In this document: positions 1 through 10,672 of the stretch, piece by piece | How positions within the stretch are numbered: the first letter of the stretch is position 1 | How the letters are laid out: each line of letters opens with the position of its first letter | IMG/VR virus record: IMGVR_UViG_3300042554_002914 | Reading direction: 5' to 3' (one strand) | DNA: 64,000 bases | Source of the DNA: a virus | Taxonomy: Duplodnaviria > Heunggongvirae > Uroviricota > Caudoviricetes | Position numbers and translations under genes: made by a program | The notes under the pieces: model-generated | Told to the model about the DNA's origin: nothing | Database searches by the model: none | Seen by the model: only the letters and a program-made list of their open reading frames with translations

Positions 1-881
1 AGACCCCAGCACCAGAATCCACTATCTACTTTGAAAATATCATTATATTCTTGACCGGCTGCAGGTTGTACCCGGGCGTTACGAAGACCCTTACCCAAAA
101 TGCCAACATCACGCTTCCAACGAATAGGGAGGCTTGGCTCGGTATAAAGGCCAGGACCAACTTCAACTAGGTCACCAGGCTGGGCCGCTGCTGCTGCTGC
201 GCCAAGTGTGAGTAAAGGTTCGCCCGGGGAAGTTCCATCGTTGCTATCGCTAGCGTAAATACTCTTGGAAACATAAATCCTATTACTATCTCTGAACTTC
301 AGAAGTTGTTGTTGCAGGGTGGCAATGTTTGTGTTTGCAGTAGATAAACCTGAACTTATAGTCCCTATGTTGGTGCTTAAGAGACTGATTGCCTTCGGCG
401 TGGCCGCCAATGTCTCGGAAACATCGGTCAAAGATGACGAAAGCTGGACTTGCCCCCTTTGGGAAATGGATGCGTTCAGGTTGAATCTTTGGGGATTCCC
501 GGCAGAATCTGTGAAGATAAGGTAGGGGTTACTAGCCGTATTGGTAAGGGATAGGTCTCCCAAATCCCCGGTACCGCCTCCACCACCTTGGATAGCGATC
601 CAAGCAGACCCGCTCCAAATTTTGAGTTCTTCATTAACAGTATCATACCACATTTCCCCGATGCAGTTTCCTGCAAATAGCGGTGGCAAGACTCCGGAAT
701 TGGGGGGTACAGGGCCAATGTGACAAGGCCCAACTTTCCGAAGGTTGCCGCTTGTGTCAGAGAAGTATAAACCTGGCTCAGCAGGATTAATGTTCGCAGC
801 CAGTTGCCCCGGCAAAAGAGTTGCGGGGTTGGGGCGCTTCTTTGCCTCTAGACTCCTTAGGATTTGGATTGTTTGGGGCAT
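1..881 (-). CDS. Tail fibre/tail spike protein, N-terminal part (runs off the left edge; not in the ORF track)
   Basis: Hand translation from ATG at 881: MPQTIQILRSLEAKKRPNPATLLPGQLAANINPAEPGLYFSDTSGNLRKVGP..., open to position 1. The N-terminus resembles that of 5800..10623. It contains a RGQVQLSSS...LAATPKA tail-fibre-type repeat and an IYVSK...SDSNDG...PLLTL motif of the kind that precedes beta-helix spike domains. Confidence 0.75.
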   Translation of the reverse strand, partial: MPQTIQILRSLEAKKRPNPATLLPGQLAANINPAEPGLYFSDTSGNLRKVGPCHIGPVPPNSGVLPPLFAGNCIGEMWYDTVNEELKIWSGSAWIAIQGGGGGTGDLGDLSLTNTASNPYLIFTDSAGNPQRFNLNASISQRGQVQLSSSLTDVSETLAATPKAISLLSTNIGTISSGLSTANTNIATLQQQLLKFRDSNRIYVSKSIYASDSNDGTSPGEPLLTLGAAAAAAQPGDLVEVGPGLYTEPSLPIRWKRDVGILGKGLRNARVQPAAGQEYNDIFKVDSGFWCWG

Positions 882-944
882 GGTGACTTGGAACTCGTTT
901 TTGTTCTTTATTAGGAGTTATACCCGCTCTGATTTGAGGAAAGG

Positions 945-1622
945 TCACCAGGTTTGAAAGCTTTCGCTTTGGCAGTAGGTCCGCAGACTTTCTACACTAT
1001 TTTGCGAAGCGGCGGTTGTGAGCTTCTCACTAGCAGCGGCTCTCACGGCTGCTCTCCAGGTAACCCATTCTCCAGGAATTGCCTTGCCAGTTTCAGACTG
1101 ACGCACTACATACCAATCAGATGGTAGCAACAGCGCATAGGCTTTATCGTTGACTAGGCTAGTGACATAATTTTGGGCGCCAGCCAGGTCCAAATCAATA
1201 GGGAACGCTGACCATACAAACTCAGTGCCGTCCCAATAGAGAGATGTATTCGGTGAAGGTTGAGCTGGGGGGGCTTGTTCGGTGCTGTTGTCGGGCTGGG
1301 GCCAACCCTTTTTAGTCACTTCAATGGGAGCACCAATGGGGGCGACAGTGCTGTAGAAAGTTTTAGGGTTACGTCGGCAGAAAAGAATTTCCTCCGCATC
1401 TAAGATTTGAGGTTCCCAGGGGTCAACATTGGTGATTTGCTCTTGGGGCCTAGTGGCACCAGTCTCCGGGTTTGTTTTAAACTCTACCGTCCCCTTACCT
1501 AGCTCTGTATTAAACTGAACGGCATGAATTTCCGGGTCTACGGATGCCATGTCAACCCCGGAGGCCGCTGCTCCGCTAAGGACCACTACTTGGTCGATAG
1601 GGACTATTGTAATCTGTGACAT
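945..1622 (-). CDS. Tail fibre-associated / tail assembly chaperone-like protein
   Basis: C-terminal LLLPSDWYVVRQSE...WVTWRAAVR resembles tail fibre assembly chaperone motifs; lies among tail fibre genes. Confidence 0.55.
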   Translation of the reverse strand: MSQITIVPIDQVVVLSGAAASGVDMASVDPEIHAVQFNTELGKGTVEFKTNPETGATRPQEQITNVDPWEPQILDAEEILFCRRNPKTFYSTVAPIGAPIEVTKKGWPQPDNSTEQAPPAQPSPNTSLYWDGTEFVWSAFPIDLDLAGAQNYVTSLVNDKAYALLLPSDWYVVRQSETGKAIPGEWVTWRAAVRAAASEKLTTAASQNSVESLRTYCQSESFQTW

Positions 1623-1645
1623 TTTGTTCTATGTATAGAAAGGTT

Positions 1646-1966
1646 TTACCCTGGCAGGATTTCTCTCAATTCTACCGGTTGAATGGCATCCCTATTCGTG
1701 TGTCCTTGAGAAGCCTGCAAGAGGATTGTATTCATCAGGTCGGACCTTTCTATGGACTCATTCCTGAAACTTTGAACTGACGCCGAAGTTTGTCTCTGCT
1801 GATTAGAATTTTCGATTAGGAGAATTGGAAGCAAGGTTACAGCGCATTGCCATTCTGCTACTTCTTGACCGGTATTTGGGTTAATCCCCCTCACTTGGCA
1901 AAACCAGGAGCATTTATGTTCAATGCAGTCTTTTTTAATGAGGGGGCAATAATTTACGTTTTTCAT
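1646..1966 (-). CDS. Cys-rich hypothetical protein next to tail fibre
   Basis: CPLIKKDCIEHKCSWF...WQCAV; compact ORF, co-oriented between tail fibre genes. Confidence 0.6.
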   Translation of the reverse strand: MKNVNYCPLIKKDCIEHKCSWFCQVRGINPNTGQEVAEWQCAVTLLPILLIENSNQQRQTSASVQSFRNESIERSDLMNTILLQASQGHTNRDAIQPVELREILPG

Positions 1967-1993
1967 GGTTGTGTATTAGTGTGTTAGATTGAG

Positions 1994-4900
1994 TTAGAAC
2001 CGTTGTGCGACAATGAAATCAACATATTTTACATTGAAGTTCAGTCCACCCATTGAGTAAGAGGGGTTGGTGAAACTGTGTCCGTGGGAATTGCTGCCAC
2101 CACTCAGACCTGTTCCCCCCTTAAAGGTCATCTTATAGGAACCATTACCCGTATAGCTCATGGTTGGGTCTCCTGTAGCATATTGGCTCGGGATATTACC
2201 TATAAATAGTCTATCAGGATTAGAGGTATCATCCCAGAAATGTTGGTGAGATGCCAATTCGGTCACAGTCAGTGTGTGATTACTCACAGAGCCGTTGGTT
2301 GCTACGCTAATACCTGAACTCCTTGATGCGGTGAATACGGTTGTGAACGGTTGGTCACCACTGGAACCCCCCGCTGCAGGGAATGCAGCTCCCGAAGAGT
2401 TAACAATCCTGATAGCAGCATTATCAAAAGCGGCACCTGTTACGATGGCCCACCCTGGAGGTGGAGAAGCGTTGTTGAAACTCATGCGAGTACCGGTTGG
2501 GAATCCGATCACGCCTGATGCAGAAGCGTAAGCTAAGGTTGCGGGAGAAATAGCTACATCCGTGGCAGTACCAGCGGCGGTTTCGACATTGGTCGCATAA
2601 CGAGTAATTCCAGTTTGGGTCTGGCTAGCAACACGGAAGTTCTGATACCAGTCCAGGGAGAAAATCGGGGCTCCCGAAATGTTACACCCTGAAGTAAATT
2701 CGACACTTGTGGTAACGCTTAGGTTATCCACGGTTAATGCAGGGTAGTATGTTGGAATATCAACTCCCGCGAAAGGATTTCCAATATCGGTAATACTAAT
2801 TGTCGCCCCAGTACTCAAGTCGGTTAAACCTGCCGCAGTTACAAAGTAGCCCTCTTGGTTAAAGCCAGTCGCATAAACTCGACCACCGAGTTCGTTAGTG
2901 AAGTAATAGGTGAACTGATTTTGTGGGGACAAGTCCCCTTGGTAACGGGGGAGAGCTTTCGTATAGTTGAGGAAGCCCGCCCATTCCCAAGCATGGCCAA
3001 ACATGCGTAGAACGGATGGACGCCTGAACTCAATGGACCAGTTTGATAGCAAGTTTGCTGCTCCATTAGGGGTGTACCCCTTCATGTCCACGTTGGAAGC
3101 CGGATTTAATTCCCTGTCGGCAGTTGCTACAGGTAGCAAAATGCTAGTTACTTGGGGTGCAGTGAAACCGATACCAATCAGGAACTGATAAACACCCCTA
3201 TAGTCGGTTGCTGTTGTGTACTGGCCAATGATTTCTGGGTCAGTAGACCAGCAAGTGGTTAGATTATAGCCACAGTTTGTGGTAGGTTGATTGCCATCGG
3301 TATCATTATCGAAATAAATTACAGGTGCTACGTTGACGAAAAAGTCATAAGCATTGAAATCTGAGCCCATGTGAACGTAGGACTGGCTCCACTTTTCAGT
3401 GTCAAAAGTAGTATCTGAGTTCTTAACTACGCAGGTGAAGTGCTTATTCTCGCGCCTAACTGTTTCACCTGGCCTGTAATAATTGCCAGCGGCCCAAACA
3501 TTGGAAGGATTGGCTCTTTCTAATATGACCTGAGCTTTCCTGGTAACAGGGTCTGTTCCAATCGGTATAGGTCCAGACTTATTCACAATTACCATGTCTG
3601 ACTCAGGGAGCGAGTCTACGATACCACCACCAGAACCCAAGGTTGTTTGAATTACATAGTCTCTTAAAGGGGTGCGAGTGTTGTTATCAGTGTTGGTTAC
3701 ATTAATGCTGTACCGCCTTTGAGTCAAAGAGCGGTTGTCTACAAGGCGGCGAATGTATACCTTACTGCCCACTAAACTAGGCGCACCACCGACTCCTGGC
3801 GAATTTCCACTCTGGTTCCCCATTGGAACGGTAATTTGAATGTTCGCGGGGTTTGAGGAACTCCAAGCTGCTGACGACAAGGGGGCCCTCCAATCTGGTC
3901 CGCTAGGGTTTTCAATCCACAGATAGCTGCCGTCTGCGAAAGTGTAATTTTTAGACGCAAGAATTTGGGGAATACCCGGATTCACCTCAGAATCTATTAA
4001 GGGTTGGGTTAGAGTTATAGTGATAGCATTATCAGCTACACCCGAATTTACCACGCCGAGTGAGATATTATTTACGACGGTAGTTTGATCCGTCATGTTT
4101 GTTGCTAGGTTTATTGTGGCAACGCTCCAGTTTGTATCCTGGGGGAATGCCTCAGACTTGTATCCTTCAGCTAAAGCAGCACACCCACCAAATGAAGAAT
4201 TAGAGTTCGTTATAGAAATTTCACCGCCAGACTTCACCCAGTGGTGAATACCTTGTCCAATGGCAAATACAGAAACTTCCTGAATGAACGCCTCATTGAC
4301 AGCCCTAATGTGGAAACTTCTTTTAGCGGGGTCCATCCTAACATTATTTGGATCTAACGCGATATAAGAGTCATAGTTGGCGATGGTATTGGTCCATGTT
4401 TTTGGACCTGAATTATATTTCTGCCAGCATGTCAAGTCTCTCTGTAAACTAACGCCAGTAAACTGGGCTACAACCATGGACTTGAATCCGGTTACATCGT
4501 TGCCGTCTGCGTTAATTCCACAAAGGCCATAATTTGAACGCACAGAACAGTTGAAGATGTACGGGGAAGATCCGATAATGCCGTCTGTATCCTGCTCGGG
4601 GATACCAGGTGGCTGGGGGGCTACAATCTCAGTCTCACCGGGGTTAACAGGGACGTTGGAATTGGTTTGGGCAAAAATAATTTTTACTTTTTCATAGTAA
4701 TCATCCAGGTCTGCCTCAGAAACAAACGAAAAACAGTCTAGGAGGTGATGACTATCGGAAAGACCTTCTTTGTCCTTGAAAGTGAAGTTAAAGAAGAACC
4801 CCCCACCCGTGATCCTTAGAATAGAGCCACGGTCAGTGTCGATATTACCTGTTTTTAGGGGAACATATAGGGGCCTAATGATGGTCTTCCTTAGATCTTC

Positions 4901-5755
4901 ACCAATGACGGATACACCCCTGGGCAAAATTATACCTGGATAATCCACGCTATTCATGGCCCTTAATTGGGCGGCGGACGGCACGGCACCGTTTACCCAG
5001 GCCGAAACGGACTCGCTACCAGTGGCATTATCAATCAATGCAACCCCGGCAGTACACTTAATTACAAAGCGATCGAATGACTGGTCATCTTGGCCTAAAC
5101 CATTCTGAATTCTGGCCACTTCTAGTGCGGCTCTTTGCAGGGTTTTAAAGGGTTTTTGAGCAGTGTAGCCAGCCTGCGTCATTTGGTTGGTGATGACTGG
5201 TACTACTGTATTATCGTAGATCCCGGTTACATAAATGTCGCTACCAATTTGGGGGTTAACATATAGAGTATAAGTTCCCGTGAGAAGGGCCTCGTTAAGG
5301 TCAGCAGGGCCGTATGAGGTTTGGACCCATGAGCCACCAAAATTTATAAAAAGATTGCCGCTGTCACTGTTCCAATATAAACCACCTTCTGGAGCTTCTT
5401 CTAATTCTGTTCCAATATCCGGGTTAGTAGTGGAAATGGGTAATGCTGCCTTGAGGTTAGAGGCGTTGGTACCGTCCTCCACTAGACCAAAACCGGGAAT
5501 TCTGCCCCATGTTAGGCTATTACCTGCTCTGAGGATAAGCTGGCCATTTGTTAATACGGATTCTGGCCAGATATAAGAGTTGAATGCTGCAGCGTTGTTT
5601 GTCCTTACTACCCCTGAAGATGTATTAGCTTTAAAATTTATTGTGCCATCAGTTAAAATCTCAACGCCCGTACCGGCTTTAACACCCCGGACCTGATCCG
5701 CAAGGACATCGCCCTGGTTTGTATCTCCAGCTATGTATTGGGCTCTAGTTAACAT
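1994..5755 (-). CDS. Long tail fibre / tail protein (1253 aa)
   Basis: LYVNP...KPFKTLQRA and SPYIFNCSVRS motifs; C-terminal FPTGTRMSF...PPGW tail-collar-like segment and HTLTVTELASHQH/HGH His motifs. Confidence 0.75.
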   Translation of the reverse strand: MLTRAQYIAGDTNQGDVLADQVRGVKAGTGVEILTDGTINFKANTSSGVVRTNNAAAFNSYIWPESVLTNGQLILRAGNSLTWGRIPGFGLVEDGTNASNLKAALPISTTNPDIGTELEEAPEGGLYWNSDSGNLFINFGGSWVQTSYGPADLNEALLTGTYTLYVNPQIGSDIYVTGIYDNTVVPVITNQMTQAGYTAQKPFKTLQRAALEVARIQNGLGQDDQSFDRFVIKCTAGVALIDNATGSESVSAWVNGAVPSAAQLRAMNSVDYPGIILPRGVSVIGEDLRKTIIRPLYVPLKTGNIDTDRGSILRITGGGFFFNFTFKDKEGLSDSHHLLDCFSFVSEADLDDYYEKVKIIFAQTNSNVPVNPGETEIVAPQPPGIPEQDTDGIIGSSPYIFNCSVRSNYGLCGINADGNDVTGFKSMVVAQFTGVSLQRDLTCWQKYNSGPKTWTNTIANYDSYIALDPNNVRMDPAKRSFHIRAVNEAFIQEVSVFAIGQGIHHWVKSGGEISITNSNSSFGGCAALAEGYKSEAFPQDTNWSVATINLATNMTDQTTVVNNISLGVVNSGVADNAITITLTQPLIDSEVNPGIPQILASKNYTFADGSYLWIENPSGPDWRAPLSSAAWSSSNPANIQITVPMGNQSGNSPGVGGAPSLVGSKVYIRRLVDNRSLTQRRYSINVTNTDNNTRTPLRDYVIQTTLGSGGGIVDSLPESDMVIVNKSGPIPIGTDPVTRKAQVILERANPSNVWAAGNYYRPGETVRRENKHFTCVVKNSDTTFDTEKWSQSYVHMGSDFNAYDFFVNVAPVIYFDNDTDGNQPTTNCGYNLTTCWSTDPEIIGQYTTATDYRGVYQFLIGIGFTAPQVTSILLPVATADRELNPASNVDMKGYTPNGAANLLSNWSIEFRRPSVLRMFGHAWEWAGFLNYTKALPRYQGDLSPQNQFTYYFTNELGGRVYATGFNQEGYFVTAAGLTDLSTGATISITDIGNPFAGVDIPTYYPALTVDNLSVTTSVEFTSGCNISGAPIFSLDWYQNFRVASQTQTGITRYATNVETAAGTATDVAISPATLAYASASGVIGFPTGTRMSFNNASPPPGWAIVTGAAFDNAAIRIVNSSGAAFPAAGGSSGDQPFTTVFTASRSSGISVATNGSVSNHTLTVTELASHQHFWDDTSNPDRLFIGNIPSQYATGDPTMSYTGNGSYKMTFKGGTGLSGGSNSHGHSFTNPSYSMGGLNFNVKYVDFIVAQRF

Positions 5756-5799
5756 CGGATTCCTTCTCCTAGTATGGGTATTTTACCCGCACCTTGTGC

Positions 5800-8700
5800 T
5801 TATTGTATAATATCGGCACTATCAGCAAGTTCCAAGACAATGCTAGGCCCCCACTTCAAGAATGATGATGCGCCGTACTTCCCAGATGGGCAAGTTATAA
5901 ATTCGGCATTGGTTATAACCCTGATATTCACCGTAGCACCCTCTGCAGGCCCCTCAGTGAAAATTATCCTCGACCCTTCCACCCTGTACGAATAGTCGCC
6001 CGCAGACGCACCCTGGAAGTAAGGAATCTGCATAGAACCCCCCAGATTAACTAAAATATTCTGAGAACTAACTGAAGCAGCGTTAACTGGTCTTGGGAGA
6101 GTTTCTGCTACATCGAAGTACCCATAAGTCAAATCAAATTCGGTTTTCACACCATTAAACTGGCTGGAGATGGAATTTAAAGAATATACTTGAACAGGAA
6201 AAACCGACTGAATGGCCCAGAAAGAAGAGGTACAAACAGTTCTAACATCAAACACGGTGCCAACTGCAAGGGCTTCGGAAAAAGTGATTTCCAACTCAGA
6301 GCCAGAGAGCCTAGTTAGGGTGTAAGAGTAAGGATCTAATGGACCGGGGGTTGTTATGGGCAACTGTCCAGTACCACCTAAGAATACAAAAGTATTATTG
6401 GCGTTAATGTCGAACGGTGCCAAGTTAATTGCAGGATCTTTTGATACCAAAGTAAACGAGAACCGGATGCCATTAATACTCTGGCCTTCCTTGATCTTTA
6501 GGGGCACCATTTGCAAAGTCCTATTATCATCATCAGATGTGACGATTCTAATATCACTCACTGCCCCTTGCAAAGGAGCTTCATTGAAGATTATTTGATT
6601 GCCATTGACTGTGTAGTCCTTACCGGGCACCTGAGTGACGGCCCCTAGAATTGCAAAAATGGAGTTAGCTGAAATCTGAGTTGGAGGTATGGGGACCCCA
6701 CCTTTAGTCAAGGTGAAGATAGTCGTGATACCGTTGAATAGGGGCGAAATAGAATCCGTTGAATATGCAGTAACCTGCCCAGGAAACTCTACAAATGGTT
6801 GCTGTTCGTAAATTTGTTGATTGGTCAGGTTTGCGAATGGGTTGATTTGCTCGAAATAGTTAGCTGTAAGGGCTTGTCTTTGGGGGCCAAAAATGATGAT
6901 TTCACCCTTATCGTTGACACCAGTAATTGTCAGCCTGCCACTCCACAAAGTAGTTGCTTGGAAGTCCGCCGCTAATTTTCTAGAGATATCGTTTGTTTGG
7001 AATTTAGGTAAGCCACGGGAGTAATTGTAGTATCCTACATATGCCCATGTATGAGTATTAGCAATGACTATGGACGGTTGATTGAATTCTACAGGCCACC
7101 TACTGGTAGTTAGGGCATAACCACCGGTTTCGGGGGTCAATGGTAAAGCACCGATGGGCAAGAGCCTATCCCCCCAATATTTAGGTTGAAGGTAAGTAAG
7201 TAGAGACTCCGGAGAATACCCCATAATCTGGAAGAATCTCAGTATTGCTCTCTTAGTGTTGGACCAATTAGGGTCATATAGCCCCGGTTCAGGAATGGGA
7301 TTAGTTCCACAAACCTTAACGGAAGTTTGAATGGGCCAAGAATTTGGTATAGTACCGGAATTAAAGTAGAAACCATTACCGGAGTTAAGTCTGATGGCCC
7401 TAACTATGGAGCCTGAGATACCAATTATTCGGACAAACTCATGATTGGTGTCATTTCCGATTCTGACGATAGAAACAGTTTGCCTAGGGTTCTGTAGAAC
7501 ACTAGCAGATAGAACAGAGAACTCAACTATTTCTGGCCTGTATCGTTGTGTGGGCCCTGGCAACCGCTCGGTTTGAATAACCGCAAGTGGGCTCACCAAG
7601 AAAGTCTCTGCACTGGTAACTAAATCTTTAAGGCAAATACCAAGGGATTCGGAACCATCATCATCGTCGTACTGATTATTAACCGGGTAGGTGGTGTAAG
7701 GGTTGGTAGAACCCCGGAAGTAGGTAGAATTTGGATAAACCGATAAATATTCATCTGCAGCATAGGACCCCTGGAAAGTCTGGCTGACTAAGTCCTGTCT
7801 TTCTAAGGTACTAGTATCGACGAATGGGGAATTGGTAGAAGTTGGGGATAGTTTTTCTGGTCCTGATGAGGGCTGGAAGTTACTAGCCTCCCCATAATAA
7901 ACTGAGGTCCAGTAATTATTTTCCGCAGCATACCAGTTTCTATTGGCGTATGTAGTGTAGGTTCCCGAAGGGTTATCGAAAGTCAGGTAACTATTACTGC
8001 CGGAGTCATAATTCTGCACCCACGGCCTATCGTAATCGGATGCCGTTATGGTAACATAGTACTCTATGTCTTGATTCCCATCCCCAATCAAATAGTTAAA
8101 CTGAGGTGAAGATCCCAAAATTCCCGTCTCCACTGCATCCACGGTGAACACACGGCCCCATCCCCCTAGTATCCCTGGGTCAAATTGAACATTGGGCCTT
8201 AAACTCGATGACCCGAGAATCTGACTACTTTGGTTGAGACGTAAAACATCGCCTATTTGAGGAGAAATAGCATTCGATGACGTATTACTTAATACTACGC
8301 TATAAGACTTTTCAATATCACTACGGGGGTCATGGAAACGCCTGATGTATGGCACCCCTAGGACAGGGATCAAATTGGTGTCAGTCGGTATAGTGCTGTC
8401 AGAAGACCTAATTCTCAACTGAGCAAATCTAGCCGGGTCATCCTGACCAGTGTTGATTGTGGGGCCACCATCTGTGGCCAGGAAGCCACGGTATGTGCAT
8501 TCTTCCGTCTCTACCCAAATTGCACTACCCGGCTTCAAAGAATAAGGAAGTAAATACCGTGGATCAAAATCCGCACTCAACTCAACTAGCTGAATTTCGG
8601 TATTAGTTGGATCAATGTAAGAGCTTACTATTCTGGATCCCAGGGAAAGAATCTTTTTGTTTTCTGACTTCTCAACTTGACCGATAGTTAAAGTCAAAGG

Positions 8701-10623
8701 TCTCTGGATGCCTTCAAAGACAAATCCTTGAGTATTATTCTGTGCTCCACTTATTGTATTTATTCCTAGAAAACCTTCGGCTTTGAAAGCTATGGACCCG
8801 AAGTTACTTGTGCTGTTAGTTAGGCTGGTGATTCCCCCATTTAGTGACCATACCCCAATTGCTGGACCGATGGTGTACACAGATTGTAGTTGAGCATAGG
8901 CTCCGTTCCTCACTCTGAACCCAAAATGTCTAAAATCATTATCTATATCTACTATGCCTAAACTAAGATTATCAACGGTTTTTAGGTTCTGATAGTAATA
9001 ACGTATGTTATTGATGGGTACTGAATTTAATTCTTGGAGCTGGTCTTCAACGGTTATATCAACTATAGATGCGGGCCTTTGGGATAAAGGCTTGGATAGA
9101 TATGTATACTCAGTCAATGACCACCATTTTTGTTCAGACCCTAGAGTGGTATAAACCTCATATGCCGTTGGGTCATTTTGTAGGCTGACAGATGTACAAG
9201 AGTTGGCAATGATGGACTTAAACCCAAGGACATTGGACCCGTCAAAATCAGTAAAACACATCCCATAATCAGACTTTAGATTTACCTGATTGACATAGGA
9301 TGATGAATTTTTTGTAGTATTTGAATTAATATTGTTCGGGAATGCCGTATCGGTGGGGCCCACGATGACAAAATCACCTGAATTAACCAGTAAATCACCG
9401 TCAGTTACTCTGCCCCCAAAGAATTCTGGGAAGGCTCTTTGAACCTTAGTATAATACTCGGCTAAGTCATTTTTAGATGCCTCTTCAACTACTCTTAGTC
9501 TGTGGGCTGATTTCAAAGTAAGGGAACAGCTGAAACTCACAGTCCTGGAATTGACATTAAGTGGAATTGATGTAAACGCAACGCTAGGTGCTCCACTAAA
9601 TGGTAATTGCTTTTCTGTGGATAACTGAAAAGTATATGTTGTTATGGGGATGGCATAGTATTCACCAGTAGAGAAAGTCCCAGTGCTTTGATCGATGCCA
9701 GGTGAGTACTGGATGTTAACTAAATCATTCAACTCTAGACCATGGGGCCTCCTAGTTCTGAATAGTGCGTAGGTATTCTGATTGGTAACTTCGACTACTT
9801 CGTTGTAGTTTACTTTATCGTTGATGGAAAAGTTGGAAAGGGACGAGTTGCCTGACAGTTTAAAAATAGAAGTTATAGGTTGATTAACTCCTGCTAATGC
9901 GGTAGGGAAAGTGTGGTTACGGTATGAAGGTACATATGAAGGGCAAACTACGCACTTTTTCAGGTCCAAACCAACGATAGAAATACCAGATGGCACTATA
10001 ATGGACCCGCTCTCAGTGTTAAATTTGCTTAAATCAGAGCTGGAAATATTTTCCGTTCCATAATTTGATAAGTCAAGAGAGAAGTCCGACAAGCTCTGCC
10101 CAGGGCCATTATTAGCGGTGAATCTTGACGACGCCAAAAAGATTGTGTACCTATTAGATTCACTCTTCTGGGATAAACCAGCCAGTACGTTGCTGATATA
10201 AATTTTCGATAGCTCCAGGATAGCCCTTGTTAATGTCTGGTAGGGCAATGCTTGTCCATCATTGGCAATGGCATCCGAGGAGAACTGAAATTCCGGGGCT
10301 ACAAATACTACATTACCATTGCCCCCAAGGAAAGGCGCTGCGATTGACCTCCATGACCTTACAGCATCACCTACATTCAAAGTACCGTCAACGGTATTCA
10401 ACCAGGATTCACCCCTCTCTGGGGTGCTTGTAGGGGCATCTGGTAGAACTGCCGTAGGACCAACTTTAATTACTCTTCCATCTGTTGTTCCAAAGAATAA
10501 TCCCGGTTCTTGGCTATTGGTGTTCAAACCGATTTCGCCGGGTTGCAGTTGGTTGGTAGGACGCTTACCCAGAAGGCTGGATTTTGCGAAAATGATTTTG
10601 TTTGCTGATTGTTCTCTGGTCAT
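5800..10623 (-). CDS. Tail fibre / tail protein (1607 aa), paralogue of 1994..5755
   Basis: Shares blocks with the neighbour: GFKSIIANSCTSVSLQ vs GFKSMVVAQFTGVSLQ; HTWAYVGYYNYSRGLPKFQ vs HAWEWAGFLNYTKALPRYQ. C-terminal repeats of the FNG..T.F.L type. Confidence 0.7.
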   Translation of the reverse strand: MTREQSANKIIFAKSSLLGKRPTNQLQPGEIGLNTNSQEPGLFFGTTDGRVIKVGPTAVLPDAPTSTPERGESWLNTVDGTLNVGDAVRSWRSIAAPFLGGNGNVVFVAPEFQFSSDAIANDGQALPYQTLTRAILELSKIYISNVLAGLSQKSESNRYTIFLASSRFTANNGPGQSLSDFSLDLSNYGTENISSSDLSKFNTESGSIIVPSGISIVGLDLKKCVVCPSYVPSYRNHTFPTALAGVNQPITSIFKLSGNSSLSNFSINDKVNYNEVVEVTNQNTYALFRTRRPHGLELNDLVNIQYSPGIDQSTGTFSTGEYYAIPITTYTFQLSTEKQLPFSGAPSVAFTSIPLNVNSRTVSFSCSLTLKSAHRLRVVEEASKNDLAEYYTKVQRAFPEFFGGRVTDGDLLVNSGDFVIVGPTDTAFPNNINSNTTKNSSSYVNQVNLKSDYGMCFTDFDGSNVLGFKSIIANSCTSVSLQNDPTAYEVYTTLGSEQKWWSLTEYTYLSKPLSQRPASIVDITVEDQLQELNSVPINNIRYYYQNLKTVDNLSLGIVDIDNDFRHFGFRVRNGAYAQLQSVYTIGPAIGVWSLNGGITSLTNSTSNFGSIAFKAEGFLGINTISGAQNNTQGFVFEGIQRPLTLTIGQVEKSENKKILSLGSRIVSSYIDPTNTEIQLVELSADFDPRYLLPYSLKPGSAIWVETEECTYRGFLATDGGPTINTGQDDPARFAQLRIRSSDSTIPTDTNLIPVLGVPYIRRFHDPRSDIEKSYSVVLSNTSSNAISPQIGDVLRLNQSSQILGSSSLRPNVQFDPGILGGWGRVFTVDAVETGILGSSPQFNYLIGDGNQDIEYYVTITASDYDRPWVQNYDSGSNSYLTFDNPSGTYTTYANRNWYAAENNYWTSVYYGEASNFQPSSGPEKLSPTSTNSPFVDTSTLERQDLVSQTFQGSYAADEYLSVYPNSTYFRGSTNPYTTYPVNNQYDDDDGSESLGICLKDLVTSAETFLVSPLAVIQTERLPGPTQRYRPEIVEFSVLSASVLQNPRQTVSIVRIGNDTNHEFVRIIGISGSIVRAIRLNSGNGFYFNSGTIPNSWPIQTSVKVCGTNPIPEPGLYDPNWSNTKRAILRFFQIMGYSPESLLTYLQPKYWGDRLLPIGALPLTPETGGYALTTSRWPVEFNQPSIVIANTHTWAYVGYYNYSRGLPKFQTNDISRKLAADFQATTLWSGRLTITGVNDKGEIIIFGPQRQALTANYFEQINPFANLTNQQIYEQQPFVEFPGQVTAYSTDSISPLFNGITTIFTLTKGGVPIPPTQISANSIFAILGAVTQVPGKDYTVNGNQIIFNEAPLQGAVSDIRIVTSDDDNRTLQMVPLKIKEGQSINGIRFSFTLVSKDPAINLAPFDINANNTFVFLGGTGQLPITTPGPLDPYSYTLTRLSGSELEITFSEALAVGTVFDVRTVCTSSFWAIQSVFPVQVYSLNSISSQFNGVKTEFDLTYGYFDVAETLPRPVNAASVSSQNILVNLGGSMQIPYFQGASAGDYSYRVEGSRIIFTEGPAEGATVNIRVITNAEFITCPSGKYGASSFLKWGPSIVLELADSADIIQ

Positions 10624-10672
10624 TGCTAAAGAGCTTTCTATTTGAGCGCAAAGGCGCCCCTATTCTTACCCC

